Origin: Monocercomonoides exilis PA203
Lineage: Eukaryota > Protista > Preaxostyla
NCBI GenBank assembly: GCA_001643675.2
Contig: LSRY02000010.1
Span: forward strand, 1,302,001-1,366,000
Length of the DNA: 64,000 nucleotides
Direction: 5' to 3'
Shown: in pieces, positions 49,191-64,000 of the stretch
Position numbering within the stretch: the stretch's first letter is position 1
How the letters are laid out: each line of letters opens with the position of its first letter
Translations under genes and position numbers: made by a program
Notes under the pieces: generated by a model
Told to the model about the DNA's origin: nothing
Database searches by the model: none
Seen by the model: the letters and a program-made list of their open reading frames with translations, nothing else

Positions 49191-49989
49191 TGATTCTTTT
49201 AGAGTGCTTCCGCTAACATCTTCATTTTCTTTGTTTGGATTGTTTCACCAATTTTTCATATTATTTATTGGAGCGAAACAGAAAAAATAAGTATTTCTTT
49301 ATGAAATAATTGAGTTTTAAAATCAGCTTTATGAAATAGAGTGTTATTTGAGGCATTTAATTTCTAACATTGAAATATATTTGTTGTATAAATATTGAAG
49401 TTCATGTTCATTGTTTTTTCCAAACTTTTATTTCATTGAATAATTGTATTTTAGATGGAGAATATTCAAAAAATTTTTTTTCTTTTTGAATCTTATGAGT
49501 TATTATTTCAAGGATTGTACATTGTTATCTTTTTTAATCCTTGACAGACTTCAAAAAATATTCGAAAATAATAATATATTGTTTATTCAAAATTATACCA
49601 TATATTTTTCTGATTAAATTTATTCCGTAATCACATGAAATTTTACAAAAATCAACGTTTTGCTATGAATGTTGCCATTAGTAAAACTTTAACAAGAACT
49701 TTATGCACGAATTTAAAGAATTCTAAACTATTTGCCTTCAGTGAGAAAAGCAATTTTTTTGTATTGCTATTTTTTCATAATTCCAAGCCACCAGCTCCAT
49801 TTCCCCACAAATAATGACAACATTTATCATTAAGATTTTTGTTTTTTTAAGGAACACCACAAATACAGTTTTCTGAGTGGATAAAGCTTTCGAATTTCTT
49901 TTTTCGCAATAGAGTTTTTTATTAAACTTCTTTTTATTAAATTCATATTTTATACGAATGGTTTATTTCGCAAATGTTTCATCAAAGAA

Positions 49990-50925
49990 TGCAAAATCTT
50001 TGGTGATTTTTTTGTCATTGTTTAATGTTTTTTTGGTGTTGTTTTTGATATGGTTTTCAACAATTAAGCAGAATATTATCATTTAAATGAAAAAAGCACA
50101 ACTACTAATAATATCACATGAGTGATACGAACACATACCAAAATTAACTGCAAATTGCATTATCACTTTTCAGTGTTCATTTTCTAGCAAAAAAATAATT
50201 TATTTGAACCAAAATTTTGGATCAAAAAATATAATTTCCAAATTAATCACCCATTTCTTACGTCCTAATTATTTCAAAGTGAAGCTTGAAACGTTATTCC
50301 TTTGTCAAACATAAACTGTTGAATAATTTAAATTGTTTATTCACTCAGAAAAGTCCCAATTGTTTGGTTTTCAAAATTTTATAACAACATTTTTCAATCG
50401 AAAATTTCGACAATACTTTTAACAGTTAAATGGAATTTGGGGAAACATATTGTTGAAAAAAACGGGAAATGATCTTTATAGTGGAGAGATTATATTTATT
50501 TGTTTTTTATTGAAAATTGAGGATAACAATGTTTTATAAATTTCGATTATCAAACTATTGCGACTTTTCAAGAAGAACAACACACACACATCGTGATATT
50601 TTGGCTGTTTGCGGGGGAAATGATAGTTCAATTAATCTTTTGGGTCATCTCATATATGACATGGGTGATTATTTTTGAAGTCATATATTTTTTCGGGATA
50701 TGGATGATTTTCTGATTCACAGTCATTTTCAAAAGAATTTTCATTAAAGCGTTTCATGCTGTTATTAATTATCTTTCAAGCACATGTTGTCACAAAATAA
50801 TAAAGATGTGAATTTATAATTTTTGTTCATCCATCAGATTGATTTTTAAGTATTTGTGACAAATTGTTAATTTCGAAAAGTTTGATTGAAAAATTATGAA
50901 ATCAAAAAGAATCGCCAACATTATA
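49990..50925. mobile_element. Old degenerate foldback palindrome centred near 50460, possibly extending to ~49600-51100
   Basis: Symmetric inverted matches: AATCACCCAT (50245) vs ATGGGTGATT (50661); AAAGTCCCAATTGTTTGG..ATAACAACAT (~50350-50390) vs ATGTTTTATAAA..CAAACTATTGCGACTTT (~50529-50567); TTGGTGATTTTTT (~50000) vs AAAAGAATCGCCAA (~50905). Confidence 0.65.
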
Positions 50926-51182
50926 AATATTTTTTTAAATATAATTTGAAAGAAAACAAACGGAGGAAAATACGGACTTTCAAGCTATTTTTGCACAAAG
51001 TATGAAAAAATTGTTTCACCTAAAACATTATTAAACTTCATCAGATTTCAAAATAAATCAGATTTTCATAACTGTGAACAAACATCATTGATGAAATAAC
51101 ATTGTGTTTTGTGACCTCACATTGATTTCAGAATATAAACCCATTTTTTTTAATTTTTTGATCACAAAAAGTTCATCGCATA

Positions 51183-51540
51183 CAGTTTGTGCAAAAAATA
51201 CCGGACAAGATCGATATCTCAATAACAGCTAGAAGAAAAATTCTGTTAAATTTCCTCAAAATATATTTCATCAATGCAAACTCATTTGATAAACGAGACT
51301 TTTAAAATAGCTTCATTTGTGCTCAGAGAAAAATATAATAAAAATCTCGGAAAAACTCAAACTCCTATTTCTCCGAGATTTCGATATATATTTTTTCTGA
51401 GCTCAAGCGAAGCTGTCCTGAAAGTCTTGTATGTCAAGTGAGTTTGTATTAATGAGATATATTTTGAGGAAATTTAACAGAATTTTTCTTCTTGCTGTTA
51501 TTGAGATATCGATCTTGTCCGGTATTTTTTGCACAAACTG
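51183..51540. mobile_element. Tc1/mariner/pogo-type MITE, 358 bp, TA target-site duplication, almost entirely palindromic
   Basis: TA|CAGTTTGTGCAAAAAATACCGGACAAGATCGATATCTCAATAACAGC ... GCTGTTATTGAGATATCGATCTTGTCCGGTATTTTTTGCACAAACTG|TA. Arms keep pairing with some mismatches for ~170 bp up to a short loop near 51360. Confidence 0.95.
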
Positions 51541-52439
51541 TATATGTGTAATTTTTCAATGAAAATGCTTGAAGTCAAATATTTTGTCCCAAATGATTTA
51601 AAAATTCATTTCCTTTTTCGTCTAAAGAACACTCTTCGTTTCGCAAAATAAATCACATTTCTTCAAATGAATTATCGAAAGACATAACAGAGAACTGACG
51701 TTCATCTTTAAAAATGATGAAGGATTGAGCAAAGAAAGAATAATGAAAATAATGAAAATCTTCGATTTTACAGCTTCGAATAGATTTGATTTTTTTATCG
51801 ATCGATTTCTTATCAACTGTGAATAAAATCAAATAAAAATATCTTTTTGCTTTATGAATTATCAGCATCATTAAATGTTTGCGATTTCACCAAAAAATTC
51901 ATTTTGTATATGTTTTCATTTATATTTGAAAAAGCATGTTTACAGTTTTTGATTGGAATCCAATAAACAACAAACTTTACTAAATAATGAGAAAAAATGT
52001 GAAAGAACGAGAAAAACTAAGAATATACGTTGTAGCAAATATTAAGAGAGGGCACAGCAAAAACGAACGAAATACGCATTAAAGGAAAGCAGAAAAGTAT
52101 TGTTTACTGTAAATATACAAAGAATATTCTGTAAAAAAGAAAAGAAGATTAAAGCAAAAATTAAACAGTTTATTATTAGCGCCCCATAACGTGAATTCTA
52201 TTAAAATTACTCAACTCTCTTGCTTTTATTAAAAAAAAAAAATTGAGATTAAGTCAAGCAAACAAAAGACAGCACACAAGCCTAAAACAAACGAAAGACA
52301 CTATCTAAGCAAACTCTTCACAAAATAGTTGCTCAATAAAGACTTTGTGAAGCAAGCAATAATAACTTGCAAATTGAAATAATGGATAACTCCAATTTAA
52401 ACAATTGTGAAAAAAAAATTCCTCTATCTCAGACAATAT

Positions 52440-53489
52440 CTAACAAGAGCATCCACCTGATTGCTTTTCCTCTTCCACATCTTCTTTTGGCAGTGCGGGT
52501 TTAACTACATCCTGATCTTCAGTTGGCGTTAAATAAGTCTTTAATACCTCACGTACCATACTTTAATATACAAAATTAAAAAAATAAATATTTCATATTT
52601 ATGATGATTTCTTGAAAAAAAAATATTTTCGTACGTTTGAAAAGCTTCTTCCACATTGTATGATATTTTTGCTGAAGTCTCTAAAAATGGTATTTGAATA
52701 GAATCCGCTAATTGCTGTATTTACAAAGAAACAAATTACAAATTCAGAAAAAATTATGTTTTGAATATTTCTTTGTTCAAAATGCAAACTTTGCCAAGAT
52801 TGTAAGGGATAACCCTTCTTGATGCTAAATCTGTTTTGTTTCCAACAAGAAGACGTGAAACCCTTTCACATCTGGAATTTTCAATTTCCCTCAGCCACAT
52901 TTGAATTGAATTAAAGCTGTCTCGATTTGTCACATCATAAACAATTATTATCCCATTAGCTCCTTGATAGTATTGAGATATAATAGTTCGAAAACGCTCT
53001 TGTCCAGCAGTGTCCCACTAAATTAATTCAAAATAAATGATAAAAATTACATCTCTTTTGAAAAAATGATTTTACCAAATGAAGCTTGACAATTTTATCA
53101 CCGACTTTAATTGTCCTTATTTTCTGATTGCCGTGAATATGAATACAATATTCAGAAAATAATGAAAACAAATCCACATGTATATTACAAAAATAAAAAT
53201 GTTGCATACAAAGTCAACACCAATTGAAGTGACATATGTTGAATTGAATGTGTTCTCCTAAATATTTGCAAAGTTTCGAAAAATAACGGTAATAAAATAG
53301 TAATTACAAGTACTATGTTGCATAGCATACAGCAAATCTTAACAAGAGACACGACTTCCCAACTCCGCTATCTCCAATGAGAAGAAGCTTAAAAATATAA
53401 TCCTTTTAATGTTGAAAGATTTTAACCACCAAATTGTGTGAAAAGAAAAGGAAAAGTAATTCCTTAATAAAGCAAACATAATCCTGCAT
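52440..53489 (-). CDS. RAB1: Rab1-like small GTPase, 7 exons (absent from ORF track)
   Basis: Spliced: MQDY|[24 protein letters not shown]|[16 protein letters not shown]|[16 protein letters not shown]|[39 protein letters not shown]..|..PFLETSAK..|..KQSGGCSC*. All GT-AG; CXC prenylation motif; TAG stop. Confidence 0.9.
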
Positions 53490-53678
53490 CAGTACTTTTT
53501 AATAACACAAATTTAAAATGTTTCGTATAGACTTTACACACAAAAATGGTCATGATCAGAAAATTTTGTATTTTTTATTTCTGACAAACAGATGAATTTT
53601 TGATCATGTTTGATGATGAATTTAATAAAACTTAAATATTAAATTTTTTCTTGTTATCCCATATTAGACTTCTTAAAA
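53490..53678. promoter_or_regulatory. Putative bidirectional promoter, Rab1-like / TTBK
   Basis: 189 bp between divergent start codons. Confidence 0.55.

Positions 53679-64000
<10,322 letters not shown>

Noticed and set aside
2231-53489. Alternative genetic code (TAA/TAG = Gln) as in some oxymonads
   Set aside because: TAA ends OCRL and the LCAT gene and TAG ends Rab right after its CXC motif; a 2608-codon ORF contains no TAA/TAG.

Overview
AT-rich, intron-containing eukaryotic DNA using the standard genetic code (TAA, TAG and TGA all end genes here). Short GT(T/A)TG..AG introns, huge Ser/Glu low-complexity tracts and a giant intronless Pmp-like receptor pseudokinase suggest an oxymonad/metamonad protist such as Monocercomonoides (inference only). 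Manual splicing gives, left to right: an importin-alpha-like ARM gene (5'-truncated); an OCRL/INPP5B-type inositol 5-phosphatase (5-phosphatase-ASH-RhoGAP); three consecutive ubiquitin-ligase genes (tandem-OB-fold/U-box protein, FANCL, and an F-box fused to a multi-pass TMEM185-like membrane domain); an LCAT-family phospholipase head-to-head with an intronless bacterial-type GH25 lysozyme; a ~9.4-kb ARM-repeat gene; a degenerate foldback palindrome next to a dead pogo/DDE_1 transposase; a 2608-aa receptor pseudokinase; a decayed gene; a second old foldback plus a young 358-bp TA-flanked MITE; a 7-exon Rab1-like gene missed by the ORF track; and a TTBK/CK1 kinase whose last exon stays open for more than 9.2 kb to the window end. 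The most unusual observations are the membrane-anchored E3-ligase architectures, the large Ser/Glu insertions inside three catalytic domains, and the palindromic transposon remnants.
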